A stretch of DNA of 64,000 nucleotides from Gnetum montanum (GCA_015680685.1 MNCI01002498.1:488979-552978), one strand, 5' to 3'; positions 1-11,630 are shown, counted from the first letter of the stretch. Numbers and translations are program-made. Notes: a model not told the origin generated them from the letters alone.

Positions 1-129
1 TGTTTTTGCATGGGGGTTTCCACCCCCTCCTTTTTTTTGCAGGCCATCTCTGATGACCCTTGAACTGTATACTCTTGTACTATAATTTTTCAGTAATACA
101 ATCCCGAACATTCTCTCAAAAAAAAAAAA
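1..129 (+). mobile_element. 3' terminus and poly(A) tail of a non-LTR retroposon related to the 4046-4946 element (runs off window start)
   Basis: 87-117 TTTTCAGTAATACAATCCCGAACATTCTCTC matches 4897-4927 at 28/31 nt, followed by A12 (118-129). The upstream GGCCA..CT..TGACCC segment and a G/C hairpin (12-27) are also shared. Confidence 0.75.
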
Positions 130-990
130 CTATAGACAAGTCCCCCTTCAAAAATTTAACACTAATTTGCAAAAAAAAAAGATCAAAATAAAAATAATTG
201 CTAGTAGGACTATAATTTTAAAAATTAACCTGTACAAATACTTAAAAGTCAAACTTTGTATATTCTGGTCATGTTAAAGGTTTTAATAGAAGACACATTG
301 TTGCTGCCCTGGTCCCCACTTCAAGCTTCCCCAGATAGATGGAGTAAAACAGCAATGATTAATTACTTCAATTGAATCATATAATCATTTTATGAATCAT
401 GATTATCAGAATTACACCAGGCAACTTAAAGCAAACACAAGAAAACATTTCAAATGTGATTTGGCTAACTTGTTTTTAGTGTTCCAGAACAGATTTCCAA
501 CATAATACATGGCCATAGTTTCATTCGCTACAATCTACAGCTACTAGTAATTTAGAAATGAAGCAAAAATAAAATAAGCAAGCTTGTCGCAGGCTACATT
601 ATTTAACTTGTCTCTGCTAAACAAAACATGCAACTTTTTTAGCTTCCTGTATTTGTATTATCCTGTTTTAACTTTCTCCAAGCATGGCTACTTATCAGAA
701 GCCACCCGACATTTTCCTTCATTCAGGATATTGTCAACTCACTAAAATAACATTTTCCAGGATACTTCACTACCAGCTTTGTATGATCTGTGTTAGACTC
801 GCTGTCCTCTAGTTACTACCACAACACAAACTGCCTTCCAAGGTCATGCTTCCAAAACTAGACCCAAAAAGCAGTTTGTTACAATGAGCTGATTTCTAAA
901 ATATTTGACAGATGATCATCACCATTATTCTAGCCTTATCCAAACATATAATTTTTCTAAAGAGGACAAGAAGTACCCAAATAAAGCTCA

Positions 991-1490
991 GGTGGATGGA
1001 GGCGGTGATTTCAGAGCACTAGGCAGGACTGGCACAACTCAGAGCAGACAACCAACGACTGGCACTTGGGCTGGGATCGATGGGGCAGCAGACTATGGTT
1101 GGCACAAATGCCTCAGAGACTTTGGCTGTGGCTGAGAGTCTGGGGTCCGAGTTGCGGTTTGCTGAGACCGCGAGATGCAATAGTTCGGGGCCCAACGCAG
1201 GTCGTGTTGTGGTCCAGCCAATAAGGGAGGGAGTGTCCTGGGCATTCTAGGGTGTAGGGTTCATGTATGTCCCCTGTCCTTGGGAACAGGGGTTGAATAT
1301 CTGGGGTGAGGGTCATGGGGCAATGTGAGAGAGATGCATTGTGCAGGTGCGTGGGTGATAATGATGTACGTTGTGGGTGACTGTTCCGTCATGTGGATGG
1401 ATTGTGTCAACTCAGGTCAATGATCTTTGTGTACATTTGTACATTATTTTTTTTTGGAATAAAATCACTCAATCATTTTCCAAAAAAAAA
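991..1490 (+). mobile_element. 5'-truncated LINE (L1-like) 3' end
   Basis: GC-rich island. TSD AAAGCTCA at 983-990 and 1488-1495; AATAAA at 1458-1463; A9 tail. One frame ends ...WLRVWGPSCGLLRPRDAIVRGPTQVVLWSSQ*, Trp-rich like an ORF2 C-terminus. Confidence 0.7.
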
Positions 1491-1764
1491 GCTCAATGCT
1501 AAATAGTTGTATCACATTCTTATGATTTACTGTTCTAATCATTTTCAAATTTAATAAATATTTGTTTACCTATTCAAAAATTTATTTTTGGATATTGTGT
1601 TACATTTTTTTTTTTTTTTTTTTTTTTTGATATGGTTCTTAAATTTAATTATTTTTTCCATTATGTCTAGCCTTCATGGGGATGCATATCAGTTTCTTCT
1701 TGGTTAAAGAAGTAAATGTGTTCGCCTTTAATTTGCACACCACAAAGATAAATTTTTTAATCCT

Positions 1765-2815
1765 TGTTAAAATATATCCTCTAATCACAATATAATCATT
1801 AGTTTCTTAACATAAGCAAAAGAAGGTTTTGAAGGATTACAATGATCCATGAAGAAACATAACCACTCACAAGATATAAAGGAGCCTTGGATCACACCTC
1901 ATAATAAAGACCATCACAAGACATCATGGAACAATAGGAGATGTTATTGTAAGCCAAGAAAAGATCTAGAAAATGGTTCATAAAACCAAGAGAAGGTGAA
2001 AGCTCCATGTCATAATAAAGACAAGTAGAAGAAGAAGGGATACCTACAATGTGTGTTCCAGATGAAAGGACCCCAACTCTTCTACATGCTACTTGTGGTG
2101 AAGAGATCAGCCCTAGTTCATAAGGGTTGATGATGTCAAGTCAATCCTAGATATGCCCAACATCAAAAAGAGGATTAGAGCATCAAGTACCAAAGATTGA
2201 AGAAGAAAATAAGTATAGTGAGTCCAAAAGCCATAAGGCACAAGTAAAGGATACACAAAGCTGAGTACATACAGAGAAGACAACTAAAGATAGTTATCGT
2301 AGCCTACTTGTGGATTGCTGAAGGAGCCTACCATGGCCCGACCCATAGAAGACTCTAAGCGTAAATAATTCCTAGCAACATCATAAGTGTCTCAAAGAAG
2401 CCACAATGCCAAAAGACTCTTGGGCAATGCAAAAGTTGTAGCAATGCCAAAGGAAATGGCAATACCATTGAAACACAAGAAGTTCCCATGAACTTAGCCT
2501 AGTGTTATACATAGCCCAAATATGATAACAAGGAATTACGAAGATGAAGTAGAACCAAAACCAATATTAGTTATACTTTATCTATAATAATAGTCTATGA
2601 TCAGTACTAATCTAAGAATTAGACTATTCATAACTCTATATGCATAACAAATAATCGTAAACAGTTAATAGGACTTACAACACTTAAGAATAGTAGAAAC
2701 AATTAGGAACTACAATTAGTTTACTATCAAAGTTTATGATGACTCCAGTGGCACTTAAAATATAGATCCTAGTACATTAGAGTTACCCACATAGGCATAA
2801 AACAAAACTATAACA
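1765..2815 (+). repeat. 5' LTR of element A
   Basis: TG...CA ends, adjacent PBS, direct repeat of 13637-14640. Confidence 0.75.
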
Positions 2816-4045
2816 TGGTATCAAAGCCAGAGCTATTAAGAGCCATTAAAAGAGTTAAAAGGTCATAATATCCTAGCAACTAAAGGTAGCAAATAAAAGG
2901 ATCAACAAAAGTATGAAAATTTGAGCAAGATTAAGTACCCAGACTAGAGGAAAAGATTCAAGGAATACAAGGCTTATGAATCACAAGAGAGAGAGAAGAG
3001 GTTTAATGAAGATAATAGAAAGGATGATCCATAAGCTATGGGAACTTTCTAAAATAGCAAAGAACCAATGAAGACCTCTATAAAGACCACCGTGAAAAGT
3101 TCTCTTTTCAGGAATATGCCAAGGCAAAAAAGGTGGTGACGTTTCATAAAGATACCATGACCATTGGTATACAAGCAAAGGAAGAAGAAAATTATTAAGA
3201 TTACAAAAGAAGGCATTAATCAAGAGAATTAAAAAAAGTGAAATGGCAATATTAAACAATGAAGATTATAAGATGACAGGTGATCAAAATGAAAATTCTA
3301 GCTTATGATTTGTAGCAAAGGACGCCTAATGTGGCCATCTCCAAGACCAATGTGTCATCTCTTCATTGATTGTGCCTTTTCGTGGAGTTGAGACATGTTT
3401 TCCATGAGTTGGATGTGCTTTGGCATGATCTTGAAGTATTCGAGATGTTTGATGACTAATGGCAACTTTATTCGGAGAGTTTGAGCTTCATGCTAGGCAT
3501 TTTGCACTTGACAAGGCTGACTGGAAAGATGTCATCCCCAACTAAAAGCCATCTTCCATTGTGACAAGATGTCTTCTCCATGCTATAGACATCTTCCTAG
3601 GTGCCAAGATGTCTTCTATGTAGGCTCAAATCTCAGGAAAAACATCTTTTTCAAACCAAAGGTGTCTTCTCTAGCAAACTTCAATGGTCATTAATTTGGA
3701 TTTTGGGCACCAATGAAAGATGAAGAGTCACCAGGAAGGCTATAAAAAGACATCAAGGCTTAAGTTTGGGTAGGCTAGTCCTAAGAGAAAAGGCCCGTCA
3801 CAAGGTGGAGATGAGAGGAAAGATCTCCCAAGTATGAGGTGAAGAGAAAGAGAGTTCTTGTCCATTGTGGGACTGAGTGTGTGTCTCCATGAGGGAATGA
3901 ATGAGTGAATGATCATCACTGAATATTTACTTTCTTTGAGCATCGAGTGAGGGTTTGATTGGATTGCTTGTCTATCCTTGGGAGTTGTGTGCTTTCTTTG
4001 TGCTAAGAATTCTTTTCTTGAGCAAGAATAAAGCTTTTCCTTTTC

Positions 4046-4684
4046 CCAGAAACCTCCGCTTGGAGCAAGGAACAACAGAAGAGGGTGGCGGAGGAAGCCA
4101 AAGAGGCGGAAAGGAAGGAGTGGGAGGCGAAGTGGACGGAAGCCCTCGCCCAGGCCCGCAGCGAGTTAGAAGCCCAGTTTCAGGCAAGGGAGCAAGAACG
4201 GGCCAGACAGCAAGCCCTTTTGGCAGACGCTGCCAGGGCTCGACTCACCGATGAAATCAGAACCCAGGTGCGGGAGGAGCTAGCGCAGGAGGAAGAAACC
4301 CGGAGACAGAGACAACAGGCGGAGCAGGTGGAGAGGGCCCAACTTCTAGAGGAGGAAGAGCAGAGGCAGCGACAGCTGGACAGTGCCCACGAGCATAACA
4401 CCAGACAATGGTTACGTGGGGGACGATGCTTGTACCTTACGTTAGGAATCAGCTGCGAGAGTTCATGGGGCGACCTTCGTAGATATATCCGCCGAACCTC
4501 GGCGCATTGCCACCCTGACGTCGGCACCTCCCATGAGGACAGAAACAGACGACAAGCGACCATGCAGGGTATCCAGCAGGCGGCTAGCTTCATGGATACG
4601 GAGGAACACCGGAATACTCTCGATTTTCTACACGAGCTGGTGCACCCCGACTGTGCTTGCAGGCAGCTTCCTACGAACCCCTAA
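4046..4684 (+). CDS. Partial ORF (no natural start): E/Q/R/A-rich coiled coil followed by DnaJ-like J-domain with HPD motif
   Basis: Frame is open from the insertion junction (PETSAWSKEQQKRVAEEAKE...) to TAA at 4684. LYLTLGISCESSWGDLRRYIRRTSAHCHPDV...TMQGIQQAASFMDTEEHRNTLD aligns by eye to the J-domain pattern YY.vLGv...as..eikkayrkla.kyHPD....fkeineAye.Lsd.ekR..yD. HPD at 4511-4519. Confidence 0.7.
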   Translation, partial: PETSAWSKEQQKRVAEEAKEAERKEWEAKWTEALAQARSELEAQFQAREQERARQQALLADAARARLTDEIRTQVREELAQEEETRRQRQQAEQVERAQLLEEEEQRQRQLDSAHEHNTRQWLRGGRCLYLTLGISCESSWGDLRRYIRRTSAHCHPDVGTSHEDRNRRQATMQGIQQAASFMDTEEHRNTLDFLHELVHPDCACRQLPTNP

Positions 4685-4946
4685 GGGGTGGGGGGAACTT
4701 TCTCGGGGGGGCACCCTCCCCCCCCCCCCCCCCCCCCCCCTTGTTGATTGGTGCTTTTTGCTTTCTTCTCGTGGCTTTTTGCCCTCGGCCATTCAGCCTG
4801 GGTGAGATGCTGTGAGCGATCAGGGGATCCTTCCCCCTCAGTGCGGCCACCGCTGGTGACCCCCCTGTTGTAATCTCTTGTAACATATTTTTGCAATTTT
4901 CAGTAATAGAATCCCGAACACTTTCTCAAAAAAAAAAAAAAAAAAA
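4046..4946 (+). mobile_element. 5'-truncated poly(A) retroposon (TPRT insertion) encoding coiled coil plus J-domain
   Basis: 16-bp TSD AAAGCTTTTCCTTTTC at 4030-4045 and 4944-4959; A19 at 4928-4946. The empty site is visible in the sister LTR (about 12580-12610). High GC/CpG compared with the flanks. Confidence 0.9.
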
Positions 4947-5729
4947 GCTTTTCCTTTTCTTTTCTTGATCAAGTTGGCTTGTTTTGGTTTTAGAGCATCT
5001 AGTTGAAGACAATTTAATCCAAGTGGAGAATCCTCATCTCAATTTCAAGGAATCACTTTCATTTTCTCAAGATTGGCTTGAATTCTTAATTGCTGATCTC
5101 TTCCTAAGGGTTTGGAAAATTCCTTTGACCCTAAGTTTCTCATATCTTTACAAATTTGAAAGATAATTGTAGAATTGGATACCCATTGGCTTGTAGTAGC
5201 TTGGGTTCATAAGAATTGTAAGAATTACATTGTGAGTTTTTATATTTCTTGTTGGATCTATTTGGGTAATCCAAAATTATTTGTGAGTACTCTTGATCTC
5301 TTTGAATTTTCATGTGAGTATTTGGAAATTGTGCCCAAATTTGTGAAATTGGTTGTGGAGTATTTGTGTTTTATGTTCATAACTTGAAGAGTTATGAGTA
5401 TTGTCATTTTGTGTTGTTTTGAGGGTGTTGTAATTCCATGTATGGCACCTAAGTGTCTTGGGGTAAAAAAGCTTAGGAGAGATATTGAGAAAATGAAGGC
5501 TAATGTGTTGAGCATCTTGAAAAGAATGTAGAGGTTATCTTCTAGCCATCTAGGAAAGGAGGAATATAAAGGGTCTGATGAAGTAGAGGTCAATGAGAAG
5601 AGTTCTCAAGCATCTCTTATTGGGCAAGGGAGTGCTCAATACTCAAGGGTAGGGACCAAGAGATCTTCAAAATCCAAGATGGTATATGCTATTGATCAAG
5701 GAGTGTTCCTACCTCATGAGTCATAGAGG

Positions 5730-6638
5730 GTGAAAGATCAAAGCCAAAGGAGAGGCAAAGATCAAGGGACTTCTTCAAGGAGGATCAGGGGCATCACTAG
5801 AAGGTATGACACAAATACTTTTTGCAATTGTTCTATACCTTGTGGCAAGGGAAAGGAGATTCTAGGCCAAGTTGAGATTATCTCGTGGGAGATAAGTGAG
5901 TCTTCTAGCCAAGGTATGTGTAAGGATAGTTGCATTGATGCTATTTTTGATGAATCTGATGTTAATGCCATGGAGGAGAGCTTACCTTTTAAGTTGGTAC
6001 CTCCAAAGTGGGATGAAGAGCTTGTTGATGCTTCCATTGAAGGGGAGAAACCAATTGATTTGGAAAGTCCTATTTGGGATCTAGAACCTTCAAGTTTTGA
6101 AGATGTTGGACAGCCACAAGTGGGGACCCATGAAATCTTGACTCAACAATTGATCATGGCATACAAGAAGCATTCGGTCCAAGGCTTAGCAAAGGACATG
6201 GAAGGTTTGAGGGATGCTCTCAAAGATTTTGTGGATAGAATAGCAAAGCTTGAAGAGAAGAAAGATCAAGTTGAACGAAGGTTGCATGGGAGAAGCCATG
6301 AAGAGGTAAGTAAGTGTGAGCTTTGCCTTGTTGATGGTAGTAATGTCTCTCATATGGAAGCTAGTGTGATGGATGCTGGTCTTTCATTTCAACTTAATAG
6401 TGGTTTGTTCACTCATAATGATGAGCATCATGATCATTGTGTTGATTGTGATGAGATTGAGAGTCATGTTATGATTGATGGAAGCAATGCGACTTTTGAT
6501 ACCATTGTTAGTGAAAGTCAAGCTAATGATGATAATGAGCTTGATTTTGTATGTGATAATGTTGGCTATGGTGGTAGTCATTATGAGAAGATCATTATTG
6601 ATGTTGGAGAAGACATTGATAGCAATTTGGATTTCTAG
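5730..6638 (+). CDS. Orphan acidic ORF (302 aa) inside LTR element B, with short coiled coil; function unknown
   Basis: Long ORF between the element B LTRs, with heptad segment LAKDMEGLRDALKDFVDRIAKLEEKKDQVERRL. The frame resumes after the stop (6648-6917). No gag or pol motif recognised. Confidence 0.35.
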   Translation: MKDQSQRRGKDQGTSSRRIRGITRRYDTNTFCNCSIPCGKGKEILGQVEIISWEISESSSQGMCKDSCIDAIFDESDVNAMEESLPFKLVPPKWDEELVDASIEGEKPIDLESPIWDLEPSSFEDVGQPQVGTHEILTQQLIMAYKKHSVQGLAKDMEGLRDALKDFVDRIAKLEEKKDQVERRLHGRSHEEVSKCELCLVDGSNVSHMEASVMDAGLSFQLNSGLFTHNDEHHDHCVDCDEIESHVMIDGSNATFDTIVSESQANDDNELDFVCDNVGYGGSHYEKIIIDVGEDIDSNLDF

Positions 6639-7190
6639 AATTTTCAGATGTTTGCTATGCATTATAACAATATAAAATTTAAGTGTTTTGATGACCTTGA
6701 TTGTCTTGGCTATGAAATGGATGAGCAACATGAAGGCAATCCAAGTGGTTATGATGATCATGGTGAAAGGAAGCTAAATGGTAGAATTCCAAGTACCAAG
6801 AAGAAGAAGGTGAAGAAGAGGATAAAGAAGAGAAGATGGGAAGCTGGGTTTAGAAAACCTAACCCTTTTGAATTTTCTTACTCTTCTTTTGTTGCATGTC
6901 ATGGAAGAGATACATGAGATTTGATGCTCTCAAGATGAAAGCATGGTGAAGCCTTTGAGGGCAAAAGCCAAGTCTATTTTTCTTTCATGTAACTTTTACA
7001 GTGTGATGTAAGCACAAACTTGTGCTAAAGTTGGTATGTGTGTCTGTGTATCATGCATACATTGTGTTGTGCATTTGTGAAATGTGTAATAAGTGTTGGA
7101 TGGTGGAGACCAAATGGGGGGGGCGCCGCCCCACCTGGGGGAAGCCAAAAACCAAAACTGAAAACTTGGGGGGCCCCCCCGCCCTTGCCC

Positions 7191-10100
7191 TTAAACATCT
7201 ATATGTTTTGTCTTGGCATGAAAGGCAGAATTCTTTGCAAGATGGATTGCACTCAAACTATCACAAAACACAGCATACCTTTGTTGTTTTAATCCAAGAG
7301 ACTGCAAAAATCTCTTCATCCATAACATCTCCTTGCATGCTTCTGTGAGGGCTACGTACTCTGATTCAGTTGTAGATAAAGTTACTAGTGGTTGTAGACG
7401 TGACAACCAACTCACTGCTGCACCACCAAAAATAAATGTGTACCCTGTAGAAGATCGTCTTGTATCATGATCAGCAGCAAAGTTTGCATCTACAAAGCCT
7501 TCAATGTGCAGATTAGCATCTCCAAAACATAAGCAATGCGCTTTTGTGCCTTTTAAATATTTTAAAATCCATTTGACAGCTAACCAGTGATTCCACCCAT
7601 AGTTGGTCATAAATCTACTAACTACTCCAACGGCATAAGCAATATCAGGACGTGTACAAACCATGGCATACATCAATGACCCAACAGCAGAAGTATATGG
7701 GATATTTTTAACCTTTTCAAAATCCTCTTTGAACTTTGGATAGTCCTTCTTTGATAAATTAAATTGTGCTAAAAAAGGTGTACTTACAAGTTTTGCATCC
7801 TCCATGTTGAAACGCTTTAGAACATTTCCAATGTAATCTTCCTAACTCAACCACAGCTTCTTCCTTTTTCTGTCCCTATAAATATTCATACCAAGAATTT
7901 TCTTTGCCTGTCCCAAATCCTTCATAGCAAATTCTTTGCCCATTTCCAATTTTAAACGTTTTATGTCTGCTATATCATTTCCAACAATTAGCATATCATC
8001 AACATACAACAACACTGTAAATTTACCTGAAACATCTCCAGAAAAATACACACAGTGGTCTAGGTTGTTTTTCTGATAAGATAGCTTCTTCATGAAAGTA
8101 TCAAACCTTTTATACCATTGCCTAGGGGCTTGTTTCAAACCATATAAACTCTTTTTTAGTTTACAAACCAGACTTGAACCTTGCTGTTCTTCATACCCTT
8201 CTGGCTGTTTCATGTAATTTTCCTCCTCCAAATCTCCATGGAGGAATGTTGTTTTTATATCAAGTTGTTCCAACTCTAAGTCCATGCAGGCCACCAATAT
8301 AGCACTAAACATATAGAAGAGTGTTTTACTACTGGAGAAAAAATNCAATGAGGGAGAGTACCTATCAGGAGGTCTGGTAGTTCTGGTTGACCTTCTAACC
8401 CAATGAGACACATCTGTAGCTTGTTGTTCATCATCTTCTACCTCATTTTCTTGCTGTCCTGCATTTTCTCCTTGTTGTCCTAAGTTCTCAGCTTGCTGCC
8501 ATGTACTTTTAGCATGTTGTCCAAAGTTTCNNNNNNNNNNNNNNNNNNNNNNNNNNNNNNNNNNNNNNNNNNNNNNNNNNNNNNNNNNNNNNNNNNNNNN
8601 NNNNNNNNNNNNNNNNNNNNNNNNNNNNNNNNNNNNNNNNNNNNNNNNNNNNNNNNNNNNNNNNNNNNNNNNNNNNNNNNNNNNNNNNNNNNNNNNNNNN
8701 NNNNNNNNNNNNNNNNNNNNNNNNNNNNNNNNNNNNNNNNNNNNNNNNNNNNNNNNNNNNNNNNNNNNNNNNNNNNNNNNNNNNNNNNNNNNNNNNNNNN
8801 NNNNNNNNNNNNNNNNNNNNNNNNNNNNNNNNNNNNNNNNNNNNNNNNNNNNNNNNNNNNNNNNNNNNNNNNNNNNNNNNNNNNNNNNNNNNNNNNNNNN
8901 NNNNNNNNNNNNNNNNNNNNNNNNNNNNNNNNNNNNNNNNNNNTTGTCTTTCTTTTGCAGCTCACTAAACATCACATTTTCTCTGAATTTAATGTCCCTT
9001 GATCCCACTACACATTTCAATTCAGGATCCCAAAGTCTGAATCCTAACTCGTCTTCTCCATATCCAACAAATATGCAACNNNNNNNNNNNNNNNNNNNNN
9101 NNNNNNNNNNNNNNNNNNNNNNNNNNNNNNNNNNNNNNNNNNNNNNNCATTATCAATTGAAGAATGTGGAGACCTGTTCACCAAATATGCAGCAGTCATA
9201 ACTGCCTCTCCCCAAAATGTCTTAGGTAGGCCTGCACCTGAAACCATTGTTCTAGCACAATCCAACAATGTTCTGTTGCATCTTTCAGCAACTCCATTTT
9301 CCTTTGGTGTACCAGGAGGGGAACGAATGTGCCTAATTCCTTTGATGTTGCAAAAATCAACAAATACTTTAGAAGTGTACTCCCCACCATTATCAATTTG
9401 CAAACATTTTATTTTCAGACCTATTTCATTTTCTACTCTTGCAACAAATGTTTTGAAAACTGAAAACACTTCATCTTTTGATTTCAGCATATAAACCCAA
9501 ACCTTCCTTGTACAATCATCTATGAAAGTCACAAAATAAATAGATCCACCAAGAGAAATGGGAGTCATAGGACCACAAACATCAGAATAAACCAATTCTA
9601 ACTTATTTTTCTTTATGTTGTCCAAATCCCTACGAAAGTTTACTCTCCTAGATTTTTCAACTAAACAGTCTTTCCAATCAATTTGAGCATAAAAAAATAC
9701 AGGAATGAGAGTCTGATTTTGAAGTACCTTTAAGCTTGCCCAGCCAATGTGTCCAAGACGTCTATGCCACACTTCAGAATTTTTTGTATCAGAAAGTGTT
9801 GCAATAGAGTTGCATGAATCTGCCATCAATGTATATAAGCTACCCTCCTTCTCTCCTTTCAGAATGGTCATGATTCCCTTGGAAATCTTCCAATGTCCAC
9901 CTCCACTACTAAAATTCAGACTTAAATCATCTAGTTGTGGAACTAAAATCAACTTCTTTGTAACTTCAGGAACATGTCTAACGTTATCTATTGTCACCTT
10001 TGGCATCCCTGCTTGTTGCAGACTTATACTTCCAATTCCAAGAACTTTTAAAGCTTTTCCATTAGCAGCATATACAAAACTAGATTCAACTTTATGATAA

Positions 10101-11020
10101 GATGCAAAACAAGACTTATCTGGACAAATATGAAAGGAGGCACCTGAGTCAATCAACCAGATGTCACTGTTACATCCATCTACCACAATTGTACATTGTT
10201 CTTGAATTAGAAAACTAACATTTTCATTAGCTACATGTACCTCTAATGTTCCTTCTTCTGACTTCTTCTTTCCTTTATTTTTCTGTGCTTTCCATGCAAA
10301 GCAATCCTTCTTCAAATGACCTTTCTTCTTGCAGTACCAGCACTCTTGAGTTTGAGTTCTACCATGTAATACTCCTCTATCCGTGCTTCTCCCCCTACTT
10401 GGGAAATGTCTCCTACTTCTACCTCTTTTCTCTGCTACATGAACATTTCTAGATCTAGAAGACTCATCTACTCTTCCTTTTGAATCCTGAAGGGTAGACA
10501 CAACATGTTCAAATGTCATAAATGAAATACTCATAGAAGTAGTAACAGATGTCACAATTGCAGACCAGGAATTAGGTAAGGAGTCTAACAAAGCATAGGA
10601 TTTAACTAAATCTGGAATAACAATTTTATATTCCTCCAACTTATTCAGATTTCCCATCATCTCATCCAAATGATCTTGAAAAGACACATCATATCTCTTC
10701 TTGCATCTAAAAACTTTCTGATAAATGTGAAAGGTATTCAAACCTGATACTTTGTCAAACCTATTCTTCAGTGTTTGCCACAGATCATGCGGATCCATAT
10801 CAGGTTTGATTGAGGCCAAAATCCCATTGCTTAGGGTTGGATGAATGAAAGATAATGCCCTAGTCTTAATTTTCCTCCAATCAGCATTTGACATTCCTGC
10901 TGGTTGAGAGGGTTCTAGGGCCTCTTGGCACTCCTTTTGTGCTAAAACAGCCTTCATCAAAATGCTCCAAACGTTCTAGTTCCTTCCTACCAATCTTTCC
11001 GTTGTTTGCAGCCTCTCCAT
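7191..11020 (-). pseudogene. Copia gag-pol polyprotein (gag, Zn knuckle, protease, GAG-pre-integrase, integrase, RT, RNase H), disrupted and gapped
   Basis: CWYCKKKGHLKKDC; WLIDSGASFH; WHRRLGH; SDVCGP, DNGGEY, NGVAER; LKKSLYGLKQAPRQW; LLYVDDML; DANFAAD, STTESEY, SAIHLAKN..HAKTKHIDV. ATG at 11020 with an early in-frame TAG. N gaps at 8531-8943 and 9080-9147; RT N-terminus missing near 8345. Confidence 0.9.
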
Positions 11021-11496
11021 CTCTTTAAATCTAGCTCTGATACCAGTTGTTATAATCAGATCTGAAAACAATTAGATCTGAAAACACACTACAAATGCTC
11101 TAGAGAAATTATTAGAACCCTACAAATCTAAATAAATCATTAGAGGCAAAATATTGCGTTGTAGCAGGTCAAGAAACACTATAAATCACTCTCAAAATGT
11201 TCTAAACTCTAGGAAACATTTGTTGTGATAACAAAATGAAAGCAAAATGAAAACAATAAAAATAGCACAAGAACACAGAGTTATGTGGTTCGGGCCCTTT
11301 TTACCCTCCTTCCACAACAATGCTGATCTGCCTTCTATTCTTCTCAAATCTTCAGGACACAAGCCATCCTTGTAACTTTTCCAAACACCCAATATGTTAT
11401 TCCAACAGATCTCAGATCAACACCAACAAGACTCACGTCTCCAAGGTAAAACCTTGATACAATACTTTCACTTCAAAGCACACACTAAAGGCTACC

Positions 11497-11630
11497 CCAA
11501 GCCTTCTATTTATGAAAAAACATGAGGACCAAACCCCAATCCTAATACATGTGGGATAAAACACCAAGCCTCCTATTTATGAGGAAACATGAGGACCAAA
11601 CCCCAATCCTAATACATGTGGGATAAAACA
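11497..11630. repeat. About 67-bp tandem duplication within the Copia LTR
   Basis: CCAAGCC..CTATTTATGA..AAACATGAGGACCAAACCCCAATCCTAATACATGTGGGATAAAACA occurs twice. Confidence 0.85.

Noticed and set aside
290-900. Possible downstream exons of the PXA gene
   Set aside because: Minus-strand frames contain stops and show no PX or Nexin_C similarity that I can recognise.
1605-1628. T24 run as a possible minus-strand retroposon tail
   Set aside because: No clear TSD or element body; treated as a mononucleotide repeat.
3955-4896. Several overlapping alternative-frame and antisense ORFs around the J-domain ORF
   Set aside because: Shadow ORFs of a GC-rich coding frame; low-complexity translations arising from homopolymer runs.
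8480-9201. ORFs full of X
   Set aside because: Assembly gaps (N runs), not biology.
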